Source of the DNA: Cyanophora paradoxa CCMP329
Taxonomy: Eukaryota > Plantae > Glaucophyta
NCBI GenBank assembly: GCA_004431415.1
Contig: QPMI01000175.1
Location: 62,001-126,000, forward strand
Direction: 5' to 3'
DNA: 64,000 bases
Shown here: positions 12,277 to 24,600 of the stretch, piece by piece
How the letters are laid out: every line of letters starts with the position of its first letter
Numbering within the stretch: position 1 is the stretch's first letter
The notes under the pieces: generated by a model
Seen by the model: the letters and a program-made list of their open reading frames with translations, nothing else
Database searches by the model: none
Told to the model about the DNA's origin: nothing
Position numbers and translations under genes: made by a program

Positions 12277-13925
12277 CAAGATCCGTGCTCCTGCGGAGCA
12301 CTAAGTACGGCGAAGCCTCGCGGACGCCCTCGCGGCTGTCACAGTAGGCCTATAGGGCACTCAGCGACTGGCCAGCGAACAGCTTTCTGGCTGGAAGCTG
12401 GCTAGCTGACGGCCAGTCCAGCAGCCCTGGCCGGCTAGAGGAATATTAATGTGCTGAGGAAATAAAGGGTGGAGCATATTGAGAGGAGATTAATTATATA
12501 TAATATTGTTGGGAAGGAGGCCCGCGGCCGGGAGGGGCGAGGTTCTCGCGGCCAGGCGCATGCACAGAGCTTGCGCATCGCTTAAACAGAATCTCGAACG
12601 CATATAGCATCGATGTGCAGGGCTGCGGAGGCGAGGGCGCGCGGATGTGCAGGCGTGGCCAGGATCGAATTTTTGCGGCGGCTGGATTGCCGCGCCTTGT
12701 CGCGTCCGCAGAGCTTGCGAAAAGCTTTAAAAAGATCTCAAATGAATATTGTAGCGATGCGCATGCGCGAGGATGCGAGGGCGCGCGGAAAGATGTACAT
12801 GTTCAGGTCCGTCCAGGATCGAATTTTCGGGGTCGGCTGGGTCCTCGCGGCCCGGCACATCTGTAAACCGTGCGGAACGCTTGATCTACATCTTAGATGC
12901 TTATGCTATTGTTCCGCGCATGCGCCGCGGCGTGGGCGGGCGGAAAGCTGTCCGGGCCTGTTCAGGATCGAATTTTTGCGTCGGCTGGGTTCTCGTGCCC
13001 TGTCGCGCCCGCAGAGCTCGCGAAAAGCTTTAAAAAGATCTCAACTGAATATAGTAGCGATGCCCGTGCGTGAGGATGCGAGGGCGCGCGGAAAGATGTG
13101 CAGGTCTGTCCAGGATCGAATTTTTGGGGTCGGCTGGGTCCCCGCGGCCCGGCACGTCCGTAAACCGTGCGGAATGCTTTGTCTACATCTTAGATGCTTA
13201 TGCTATTGTTCCGCGCATGCGCCGCGGCGTGGGCGCACGGAAAGATGTCCGGGCCTGTGCAAGATCGAATTTTTGATGTCCGGTACCTTCCTGCACTGTT
13301 CGGCCTCCGAAAAGCGGATTTCGGGGGTGCGCAGGCCCTGCTATGTCTATGCGCGCCAGTACGCATCGATTGCGCGCGTCGCGGGACCGGCCGGAACCGG
13401 CCGGATCAAAATTTCGGCCGACTGTTTGCACTGGAGCGTCGAGGGCGCCCGAAACCGAGCTTGCGGCGATGCGCTCGCCCTCGCGCGTCATTCTGTATCG
13501 TTCTGGGGCGTCCCTGGCGCGATTTCGTCGCGGGACCGGGCGGGACCGGGTCCCACCTTCTGACTCGGACTGCATTTGTCGGAGGTTAAGTACCGGAATT
13601 GATCCAGAGGGAAATTCGATTTTCGCGCGACGCCCACGGGCGAGCGGTCGTCTTAGGGGAGCCAGGACGCTAAAAATGGATCTAGAGAGGTCTGTGGGGG
13701 TTAGGGTAGCTGAGTCATTAGCGGCCATCGCGTCCGTGTCGAGGCAGAATTAATAATTCTGCCTCGAGGGAGCGCGACGCGGAAATTATTTAGCAGGGGA
13801 GATCTCGAGTGGAAAAAAAGGTTAAAAAAGGAATTTATATCGGCGGTTTTTGGGTTTGAGAAAGAGGCTTCGCCTGAAAGAGGCTTCGCCTGAAAGAGGC
13901 TTCGCCTGAAAGAGGCTTCGCCTGA
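12277..13925 (-). mobile_element. Non-autonomous copy U6 (subtype D) with four stacked 16-bp caps
   Basis: Family 3' end at 12277, five ~148-bp subrepeats, and (AAGAGGCTTCGCCTGA)x4 at 13862-13925. Confidence 0.85.
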
Positions 13926-15078
13926 GTACGGCGAAGCCTCGCGGACGCCCTCGCGGCTGTCACAGTAGGCCTATAGGGCACTGGCCAGCGGCCTGGCCGA
14001 TCGCGAACAGCTTTCTGGTTGGAAGCTGGCCGGCTGACGGCCAGTCCAGCTACCGCTGGCCGGCTAGAGGAATATAACTAGAGGAATATTAATGTACTGA
14101 GGAAATAAAGGGAGGCCGGAGCAGGTTGAGATTAGAGGAGATGAATTATATATAATATTGTTGAGAGGGAGGCCCGGGAGGGGCAAGGTTCTCGCGGCCA
14201 GGCGCATGCACAGAGCTTGCGAATCGCTTAAACAGAATCTTGAATGCATATAGCTATAGCATCGATGTGCGGGGCTGCGGAGCTCGAGGCGAGGGCGCGC
14301 GGAAAGATGTGCAGGTCCATGCAGGATCGAATTTTCGGGGTCGGCTGGGTCCTCGCGGCCCGTCGCATACGCAAAGCGTGCGGAAGACTTTGCCTACATC
14401 TTAAATGCTTATGCTATCGTTCCGCGCATGCGCCGCGGCGTGGGCGCGCGGAAAGATGTCAGGGCGCGTGCAGGATCGAATTTTGGCCGTCGGGTACCTT
14501 CCTGCGCTGTTCCGGCTCCGAAAAGCGGATTTCGGGGGTGCGCAGGCCCTGCTATGTCCATGCGCGCCAGTACGCATCGATTGCGCGCGTCGCGGGACCG
14601 GGCGGGACCGGCTAGCGCTGGATCAAATTTTCGGCCGACTCTTCGCACTGGAGCGTCGACGGCGCTTGAAATCGAGCTTGCGGCGATGCGCTCGCCCTCG
14701 CGCGGCATTCTGTATCGTTCTGGGGCGTCCCTGGCGCGATTTCGTCGCGGGACCGGGCGGGACCGGGTCCCACCTTCTGACTCGGACTGCATTTGTCGGA
14801 GGTTAAGTACCGGAATTGATCCAGAGGGAAATTCGATTTTCGCGCGACGCCCACGGGCGAGCGGTCGTCTTAGGGGAGCCACGACGCTAAAAATGGATCT
14901 AGAGAGGTCTGTGGGGGTTAGGGTAGCTGAGTCATTAGCGGCAATCGCGTCCGTGTCGAGGCAGAATTAATAATTCGTCCTCGAGGGAGTGCGACGCGGA
15001 AATTATTTAGCGGGGGGGATCTTGAGTGGAAAAAAAGGTTAAAAAAGGAATTTATATCGGCGGTTTTTGGGTTTGAGA
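13926..15078 (-). mobile_element. Non-autonomous copy U7 (subtype C), 3' hairpin deleted, no cap
   Basis: Begins at GTACGGCGAAGCCTC, missing the ~28-bp terminal hairpin segment; ends TTTGAGA at 15078. Confidence 0.85.
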
Positions 15079-16715
15079 CAAGATCCGTGCTCCTGCGGAG
15101 CACTAAGTACGGCGAAGCCTCGCGGACGCCCTCGCGGCTGTCATAGTAGGCCTATGTATAGGGCACTCAGCGACTGGCCAGCGGCCTGGCCGATCGCGAA
15201 CAGCTTTCTGCAGCTGGCTGGAAGCTGGCTGGCTGACGGCCAGTCCAGCTAGCGCTGGCCGGCTAGAGGAATATTAATTTACTGAGGAAATAAAGGCTAG
15301 GGTGGAGCAGATTGAGAAGAGATTAATTATAATATTGTTGGGAAGGAGGCCCGGGAGGGGCGAGGTTGTCGCGGCCAGGCGCATGCACAGAGCTTGCGAA
15401 TCGCTTAAACAGAATCTCGCGATCGAATGCATATAGCATTGATGTGCGGGGCTGCGGAGGCGAGGGCGCGCGGAAAGACGTGCAGGTCCATGCAGGATCG
15501 AATTTTCGGGGTCGGCTGGATTCTCGCGCCCTGTCGCGTCCTCGGAGCTCGCGAAAAGCTTAACAAAGATCTCAAATTACTATTGTAGCGATGCGCACGC
15601 GCGAGGATGCGAGGGCGCGCGGAAAGCTGTGCAGGTCCGTCCAGGATCGAATTTTCGGCGTCGGCTCGCGGCCCGGCACATCTGCAATGCGTGCGGAAGG
15701 CTTTGTCTACATCTGAAATGCTTATCATATTGTTCCGCGCATGCGCCGCGGCGTTGGCGCACGGAAAGATGTCCGGGTCTGTTCAGAATCGATTTTTTAC
15801 CGTCGGCTGGGTTGTCGTGCTCTTCCGCGTCTTCAAAGCTTGTGGAAGGCTTCAAAAAAATGTGAAATGAATATTGTAGCGATGCGCATGCGCGAGGATG
15901 CGAGCGCGCAAGAAAAGGTCTTCAGGTCTGTAGAGGATCGAATTTTCGGGGTCGGCTGGGTCCTCGCGGCCCGGCGCATACGCAAAGCGTGCGGAAGGCT
16001 TCTTCTACATCTCAAATGCTTATGCTATTCTTCCGCGCATGTGCCGCGGCGCGGGCGCGCGGAAAGATGTCCGGGGCTGTGCAGGATCGAATTTTTGCCA
16101 CCGGGAGCCTTCCTGCGCTGTTCCGGCTCCGAAAAGCGGATCGCTGGAGTGCGCAGGTCCTGCTATGTCTATGCGCGCCCGTACGCATCGATTGCGCACG
16201 TCGCGGGACCGGCCGGAACCGGCCGGATCAAATTTTCGGCCGACTCTTCGCACTGGAGCGTCGAGGGTGCCCGAAATCGAGCCTGCCGCGATGCGCTCGC
16301 GCTCGCGCGTCATTCTGTATCGTTCTGGGGCGTCCCTGGCGCGATTTCGTCGCGGGACCGGGCGGGACCGGGTCCCACCTTCTGACTCGGACTGCATGTG
16401 TCGGAGGTTAAGTACCGGAATTGATCCAGAGGGAAATTCGATTTTCGCGCGACGCCCACGGGAGAGCGGTCGTCTTAGGGGAGCCAGGACGCTAAAAATG
16501 GATGTAGAGGGGTCTGTGGGGGTTCGGGCAGCTGTGTAATGTCCATCAATCGCGTCTGTGTCGAGGCAGAATTAATAATTCTGCCTCGAGGGAGTGTGAC
16601 ACGGAAATTATTTAGCAGGGGGGATCTTGAGTGGAAAAAAAGGTTAAAAAAGGAATTTCGGTCGGCGGTTTTTGGGTTTGAGAAAGAGGCTTCGCCTGAA
16701 AGAGGCTTCGCCTGA
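15079..16715 (-). mobile_element. Non-autonomous copy U8 (subtype A) with two caps
   Basis: Family 3' end at 15079 and (AAGAGGCTTCGCCTGA)x2 at 16684-16715. Confidence 0.85.
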
Positions 16716-17452
16716 TCGGCTGGGTCCTCGCGGCCCGTCGCATACGCAAAGCGTGCGGAAGACTTTGCCTACATCTTAAATGCTTATGCTATCGTTCCGC
16801 GCATGCGCCGCGGCGTGGGCGCGCGGAAAGATGTCAGGGCGCGTGCAGGATCGAATTTTGGCCGTCGGGTACCTTCCTGCGCTGTTCCGGCTCCGAAAAG
16901 CGGATTTCGGGGGTGCGCAGGCCCTGCTATGTCCATGCGCGCCAGTACGCATCGATTGCGCGCGTCGCGGGACCGGGCGGGACCGGCTAGCGCTGGATCA
17001 AATTTTCGGCCGACTCTTCGCACTGGAGCGTCGACGGCGCTTGAAATCGAGCTTGCGGCGATGCGCTCGCCCTCGCGCGGCATTCTGTATCGTTCTGGGG
17101 CGTCCCTGGCGCGATTTCGTCGCGGGACCGGGCGGACCGGGTCCCACCTTCTGACTCGGACTGCATTTGTCGGAGGTTAAGTACCGGAATTGATCCAGAG
17201 GGAAATTCGATTTTCGCGCGACGCCCACGGGCGAGCGGTCGTCTTAGGGGAGCCACGACGCTAAAAATGGATCTAGAGAGGTCTGTGGGGGTTAGGGTAG
17301 CTGAGTCATTAGCGGCAATCGCGTCCGTGTCGAGGCAGAATTAATAATTCGTCCTCGAGGGAGTGCGACGCGGAAATTATTTAGCAGGGGGGATCTTGAG
17401 TGGAAAAAAAGGTTAAAAAAGGAATTTATATCGGCGGTTTTTGGGTTTGAGA
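16716..17452 (-). mobile_element. Non-autonomous copy U9 (subtype C), 3'-truncated, no cap
   Basis: Starts mid-body (TCGGCTGGGTCCTCGCGGCCCGTCG); ends TTTGAGA at 17452. Confidence 0.8.
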
Positions 17453-17799
17453 CAAGATCCGTGCTCCTGCGGAGCACTAAGTACGGCGAAGCCTCGCGGC
17501 CGCCATCGCGGCTGTCACAGCAGAGGGGCCGGCACTGCTGGGCGCCCGGAGAGTAGGCGGCCAGCTCCAGCCCCGGCCGGCTCATGCAACAGGGAAACGA
17601 CGACTGCAGACGCACATATATAATTTGCTACGCATGCCGGGCTTGCGACATCTGCACTAACTGAGGGCTAGCAAACTTGAACGCGCGAGGGCATGGCTGA
17701 AAGCTATCTACAACATTCGCGCGCATGAGCAGGCAGCGAGCTCGAGGTTGTATACACGAGCAGGTCCCCTTCATGGCGCAACTTGTGTAGGCAGGACGC

Positions 17800-18430
17800 A
17801 ACGCCTGGACCATGGTAGTCAGCCGAGGGTGGCGGGCGGGAGAGGAGGCTGGGAGGCTCACAGGGAAGAGGACAGGGACGGGGGGATCATTGGCACAGGC
17901 AGAAAGCGGTCTGGTCGGAGGCCTGGAGGGGGGTGGACGTGCCAGGGACGCGGGCGGGCCGGGAGGTCGGCTGGGGGCGGGAGGCCTGGAGGGCGGCAGT
18001 GAGGTGAGGCGCGCGGGGGGCAGGGGCGTGCCGGGAGCCTCACGGGCAAAAAGACTCGATGGGGGTGCCAGCCGTTCGACTGACGAGCGCGGCGGCCTGC
18101 GCACAGACGGGCACATCGGCGGCGGGCGGGAGGGCAGGGCGCGCAGTCGAGCTCACGAGGCTGGGAACGACGGGAGGCCTGGAGGGCGCGGGAGAGGACG
18201 CCAGGCGGGCAAGGTGACGACGCTAGTGACGGCGGGAGGCCTGAAGGGCGCGAGTCAGCGGGGGGCGCGCGGGAGGCGGCCGGGGGCGGGGGCGGGCCGG
18301 GAGGCTCACGGGGAAAACGACCGGATGGAGGCGCCGGCCGGTTCGACTGACAGACGCGCCGGCCTGTGTAGAACCGGGTAGACCGGCGGTGGGCGGGCGT
18401 GCTGACGCGGCTAGCGACGACTGGAGGGCT
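17800..18430. repeat. Degenerate GC-rich repeats inside U10, downstream of RepHel
   Basis: Motifs GCCGGCCGGTTCGACTGAC, GGGAGGCCTGGAGGG and GAGGCTCACGGG recur. The same motifs recur at 29560-30930. Confidence 0.6.
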
Positions 18431-18694
18431 GGGCGGAAACGGACAAGGAAAGCGCTGGAGAGTACTGCTGATCCGAGGTATGCAGATGCGTGTAGCTGGC
18501 CGAGCGAGCGAACGTATAGAAACACATGTAATTGGACGATATGCTACCTAGAAACGCGGACATGATCGACGGGCAGTCTGGCTGCACGTGCATGCAGGTC
18601 CCGTAGATGCACCGCGTTATTTCTTTCTGCACACAAAAATACGTCAGTGGGAGTTATGATCATAATGCATCTAGATGTGCATGATTTAACGCAC

Positions 18695-21600
18695 TCAACG
18701 CTTGCGTGCCGCCGCGGAAACGCGCTTCGGCATCGTGTCGACGAAGCGCTTGTTCTTGAACTCGACCTCCGCCTTTTCGAACTCGCGCTGGAACTGTTCG
18801 ACTTGGCCCCAGTCGCCTGGCTCGCATTCCGTGGGGACTGCGTTGACGAGTCGCTGACCGTGCGGCGCGGTGCTGTCCTCGATCCAGCGCAGGTACTGGA
18901 GCTTGTGGCCCCACATTCTTGCGTGCGTTTTCGGATCGTCTTGCCGGAGCCGCGCAAATTCTGCGCTCTCGGCCTTCTGGTCCTTGATGGCGGCTTGCAG
19001 GTCGGGGTTGACGTTCTGAATCACGTGCAGCAGCTCGTACCGTTGCAGGAGCGAGGCGTTCGCGATGAAGAAGTGCGCTCCCTCGCGCGGGCGGCTGAGC
19101 ATGACGTACAGCTGCTGTCGGTGTGTGTAGTCCCTGCTGTTCATGCCCCGCACGTCGGCGATGGCGCGCTTCAGGGTGTGGCCTTGAGCCTTGTAGACCG
19201 TCGTGCCGTAGGCGACGCGGAACGGCGGTCCTATCCTGACGTTGTGCGTGCCTCCTGCCCCACCAGCAATTTCATCCTCGTGGTCTGCGCAACGTGACCG
19301 TAGTCAATCTCGAGAGGGAAGCGCATCTGCATTCACGATCGTGCTGACAAATGCAGCGGCTCACCAGCATTTCTGGGCTCGACGTTGATTTCGACGGCGT
19401 CGACGATTCGACCGTCGGGGAGCTGGCAGCGTTCCGTGATTGCACGCCGGCCGACGCGGTCGTCGTGGAAGTAGATGTAGTACGTCATGGGGGGCATGAG
19501 GTGCGGATGCGGGAGCTGCTCCACCTTCGCCTCTATGCTCTGTTTCTTCTGCCTCGTCACTGCCGCTGCGGCCCGTACAATGTTGTCCTTGCTGACCTTT
19601 GGCTTGCTCTTCTTCCGGTCCGAAGGTCCTGGCTCGGGTTCAGGTTCGGGTTCGGGTTCCGGCTCGGGCTTGGGGGCACGGTCCGCAGTGTCGAGCGCGT
19701 GCTGGACGAGATCCGGTGCAGCGTGTTCGAGCACGAGCGGCGTGTCCGGTGTGAACTCCGTCGCGTGCTGACTGATGTAGTCGGGAGTCTCCGTGTGGTC
19801 TCGCCATTTGTAACCGGCAAGCAGTCCGATGGCGCCGTTGACGAGGCCGTCGTCTGTGTCGCGGTTCTGTCTAAGCATGACCTTGATGCCCGCCGTCACC
19901 ATGACCTTGTGGGGGATGCTTCCTTGTTCGTTCGTGCATGGGATCCTCTCGCCGTACGCGTCCACGCTCTCGCACTTCTTGATGTGCTCGCGCGGATGCG
20001 TGTCCTTGGCGACGATCTTGAGGACAGGGTCGCGGTACTGCGCGTGGTGCCGTCGGATCATCGCGTCGTTGTGCTGCTCTGCGAGCTTGTTCGTGAGGAA
20101 CATGTGGTACGCTTCGTCCCACGTGGGGTCTTGGTTCTTGGTGAGCGTGTTGTGGATGGCATTCTCGTTGTCGTCGCCGAGATCGTTGTTCAGGTCCAGG
20201 CAGTGGCGGAGAAGGTAGTGGTACACGTCGTCGACGTGGTCCGGATCCCCGTCTCGAAACCAGTTGAGGATTTGGCCGAGTTCTGGATCCGCCAGGTGCC
20301 GCATCGAGGACGGCAGGACGTGAGCCGTGAAGTAGCTGAGGAAAGTGTGCAGGTTCGGCGTGTGCCACTTGACGTCATTCTGCATCGTGATGTCCTTCCG
20401 TGCCGGCAACAACGTCTCCCACAGCGACTGGGACTTGACCGGGGGGACCTGGGCCGCGTCCCCGTACGTAATGATTGCCAAGCCTCCGAATGGGTAGCGC
20501 TGCATCACCGGCGTCCTGCCGTCGGGTCCGACCTGGTACTGCGGTAGAGGTGGCGGCGCCAACCCAGTCTCCGGGTCGCCGACGGCTTCACGTCCGCACA
20601 TGGCGTCCTCCAGGGCCGTCTTGAACGAGTAGAAGATGTTCGTCCAGCAGGACATGATCTCGTCGATCTGCAGGACGTACGTTTTCTGCAGCTCGAGTCG
20701 CAGCTTGTCGATTGTGAAGCTGCTGTGCTTGATCTTGTCGCGCTTGCCGGAGAGAAACGATTGGAGGTGGAAGCGGGTGTGCATCGTGCCGCCACCCGCG
20801 TTGAAGCCCGCGGAGCCGAACGGTGCTGCTACGGTGCAACGGCCGTGAGGGAGGGCCTCCATTCCCGCATCACCAACGTTGTACTGGTTTGCAGCGTGTT
20901 CGATGCAGCGGAGTAGGACGGTCTTTCCGCACCCCGCTCCTCCTGTGACGAAGAAGCGCGGCCCCGCAGGCATGTACCAGTACTTGAGAATCTCCGGCAC
21001 GTCTTGACCGCCCTCCGCATCGCGCCTGTATTGCATAGCCCTTGCCTTCAGCGCTTCCGCTTTGCGTCTGAGCTCGAAGTATTTCACCATCTTGTCGTAG
21101 ATTTCGCGTTGCTCCGGCTTCAGGTCGTCGGGCGACAGGAGTGGAGCTCGGGATGACGGTGGAGCCGCCTGAACGGACGGTCCGCCGGTGCCCGCTTCTG
21201 CGGAGGGTGGAATGACACCATGCGCTCGTAGGACTGCCTGTTCCGTTTCAACGGATGCAGGCTGAAACGACGGCGCTGGCAGTCCCGCTCCCAAGGCGCT
21301 CGCTGTGTTTCTGATGGTGCCGGGCTCCGCGTGTTCCGTCACGATTGCGCCCGTCGCCGTCATGTTCGGAATGTCGGTGATCCGGCCGATGATCTCTTCC
21401 ATGCGCACACGGATGTTGTCACTTGCGGCTGACGCGTGGCGCGTGATTGTTGCCTTCCGTGCTTTTGTCATTGCGGCCGCAAGGATCGCGTCGGTGACCT
21501 CCGCACGAGCCGGCATGTCGAGCAGGTCCGTCCACTCGTTCCGGAAGGGGTGGTAGAAGAGTAGCGGCGCGTACTTGGCGACTTGGCCGGAGTGGACGTT

Positions 21601-24600
21601 GAACGGCATCACAACTGGCATGGGTTGCCGTCGCATCCGCAGCTGTTTCTTGCCGCTGACGGTGTTGAAGCACGGTGTGCACCTCTCCTCGTCCGGGATC
21701 ACGAGCGGCGGCGTCTTCTGTAGCTGTCGCCGCTCTTCGTCCGACAGAGCGTCTTCACGCAGCCATCGCTGCCAGAGCGGGTCCAATACCCACGTCTTGG
21801 CCTGCCGTGCCTTCTCCTCGCGGTGCTCGCGTTCGATCTGGCGCTGAGGGTACTCCGGGGCGTCTGAGTCAGGATGGTCGTCGTCGTCATCCTCGTCATC
21901 CTCCGGCTCGTCGCCACCGTGTTGCGAGTCGGTGTGATGCGGCTCGGTTCGTCCTGTCTCCAACGTGGCTGCTGCCAAGGGAGACATGTCGATCTTGTCG
22001 CCTGGAATCCCGTCTTTCTTGGCGACGACGGCAAACCATTGCAGAAACTTGTACAGCGGCATCACGTTCCAGAACTGGTCGTCAGGCCTCTCCATGTACC
22101 AGTCGATGTCGTTGTTCACGAATATTTTCGTCTCGCCAGGATTGCGGTTGCGGATCGGTCGCATGAAGCCGCGCTGGTACGAACGTCTTGTCCGCTTGTC
22201 TGGAGGGATGCACGGAACGGTGCGGGCGTGAAACGACGAGTGCCAGATGGGGTAGTTGAGCATATGGAAAGCTGCCTCCGGCCGGCCGAGTTCGCGGTGG
22301 GAGAGCGACTTCCGAATCGCTTTCGCCATCGCGCTCCGTAGGCTGCCTCCCTTCTCGCCCGCCTTTGCGAGCGCAGCGTATATGCTCTCCAATGCCTGTG
22401 GTTCGACCTGCAGGCGTGAAATGAGCTTCAGTATGCTCTACATCCGGGCAGGGAAGCGTCGGTACGGCCGTACCTTGAGTGCGTACTTGAACATGTACGC
22501 TCCCATCGCTTCGAAGTCCGCGACGAGATCGAAGAAGAGGTTGGAGTGCGCAATGCGGGACAGCCACTCGTTGAACAGCGCCACAAACAAGTCTTCTACT
22601 GTGCGTCGCATCGGCACCAGTAGCCTGTCGCCGCGTTGCGCGTTCTTGAGCTCTGGCGTCGACCTGTGCGTTTGTATTCGTCAGGAATTGTTGCGGGGGC
22701 ACGTCATCGCAGAACTTGAGCACGCACATGAGTCTCGCGTATCGGGATGCGCGGCCTGGCAGTCCGAAGCGGCACCACTTCCTCGCCCTCCACCAGGCGT
22801 TGTTCAGCTTCTTGACGAGGTCGGCAAGTTCCTGGGCGTCCTTGTCGGAAGCGCCGTGGATGGGCTGGCATCCTTCGAGCAACGGGTTCGTGTACTCCTG
22901 AGTCGGCTTGAACTGCGCTGCAGCGGCGAAGAGCTCTTCGTGACGCTTGCGCGTGGAAGATGAATAGTGCTGTGCCTGCTTGGCCTTCGTCATGCGGCAC
23001 GTGCCGCTGTGTCGGTGAATGTTGAACGTGAGGATGACCTTCCGGAGAAACGCGGTCGCCCAATCATGACGAAGGGCATCGGGCACGTGAAGGTTGTCCT
23101 CGACGGCTGGGTCGTCGGGCTTCGGAGGTCGAGGGATCTCCGCCTTGACGATGCTGTCAAAGAATTCGAGGTACTCTTTCATGTGCTGCTTCTCGCACGT
23201 GTCGTACATAGGCATGCCTTCGCACCAGCCGATGAGGTGCCCATGCAACGTCCGCCGCTGCTGCTCGCCGTGACGGATGAAATGACCTGTCATCTTGTAA
23301 CCGCCGAACATCGCCCTCGCGCCTTCGGAGTACATCAGCTTGATCAACGCGTTCCAGCGCCGCTGATAGTGACGGACAACGATTCCGGACTCCGAGTTCA
23401 GGATCGCGTCCTTCTCGTTTGCGCTTAGCGCATCGATTGCGGCCTGGTTGTGGAACCTCTCGCGGTCGATGGCTCTGTACAGACTCGCGTCACCGTGATC
23501 GTTGAAGCTCATAGTGTACCATATCTGCGGCGGGCCGTACGTCTGTGCGGCAGCAATGAGCTGGCCGTGACCGGTCTCGAGATGCTGGTGCGATCCCGGC
23601 ACCTGGAGATGGGCGCGTTACGAAATAATGTGCAAATTGTTGTCAAGGGTGTGCTGCGGCTTACCGCATTCAGCGTCGCGCGGACGAGGTGGCGCTTAAC
23701 AAAGTCTACGGTAACGCTGGGGTCATCGACGGCGGTGGTGAGGTGGTCCATGACGTGCGCGGCCGTCACCGGGTGACCGGCCGCCTCCAACTTGTCGAGC
23801 TCGAGACTCTGAATTGCACAGTTGCTCTTCTGGTAAGCCTTGAGGTTGAGATAATCCGTCGCCTGGACGAAGAAGAATCCGATGTCGGCGACAAGGGCGC
23901 GTGCCTTGTCGGACAGCAGGAACCACTTGTTGTACTTGCTGATCGACAGCGGTACTTTGCGTTGATCGAGAGGGTCTGCAGGGTCGCCTATCCGTCCGTG
24001 CCGGCCTGCGTTCAGAAAGGGTCAATGTCCGTCTGCACGAAATCACAAATCGACGACGGTGCCGGTGCACGGTGCTCACCGTCTGGAAACGCAAATGGAA
24101 ATGGGGCCGTGCAGTACTCTGCACCCTTGCTGAAATTTAAGTGGACGCGATCGAGGATCGGCAACGTGCGAGTACGCTCGGCAACATCTTCGCCGAACGC
24201 TGTGGCAACGTCGACGAGCCTGTGGTGATACTCGGACTGCACGACTGCGGGCGTTGCCGGCTGTTGAGGCATGTCGAATCCGGTGGGGTCGCTGTACACT
24301 GCGGCCTCTGTATCGACGTCGTGCGCCGTAGCACGTGCAAGCTGCACGAACTCGTCGACGTCCTTGTTGTTGATCTGCGCGAGCTTGTCGAGGTCCACGA
24401 GATCGGGAGGGGCGCGTCTGGGCGCGTCCTCGGCTTCGTCCTCGGATCCGGTTTCGCGTGTCGACCTTGCTGTTGACGCGTCACGTGTCGGCCCGACCTC
24501 CGGCTCTGCTGTTGGCAGAGGAGGACGTGCTGTCATTGCGAGCTTCAACGACGACTCCATGAACTGCTTCAACACGGGATCTCCTACGTCGGTCAACAGC

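Noticed and set aside
13862-13925. 16-bp tandem repeats as a CRISPR array or telomeric repeat
   Set aside because: There are no spacers or cas genes and the context is eukaryotic. The unit is exactly the first 16 nt of the Helitron and occurs only at element 5' ends.
5875-17300. Dozens of 60-316 aa ORFs in the repeat array (also 32200-33600 and 37250-38935)
   Set aside because: They are translations of GC-rich subrepeats. Frames shift between near-identical copies and no domain motifs are present.
17628-18690. C-terminal AP endonuclease or extra gene after the helicase
   Set aside because: No endonuclease motifs were seen, and the region is mostly degenerate repeats.
19351-20547. 398-aa plus-strand ORF and other antisense ORFs over RepHel
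   Set aside because: These are shadow ORFs caused by GC3-biased codons on the coding strand.
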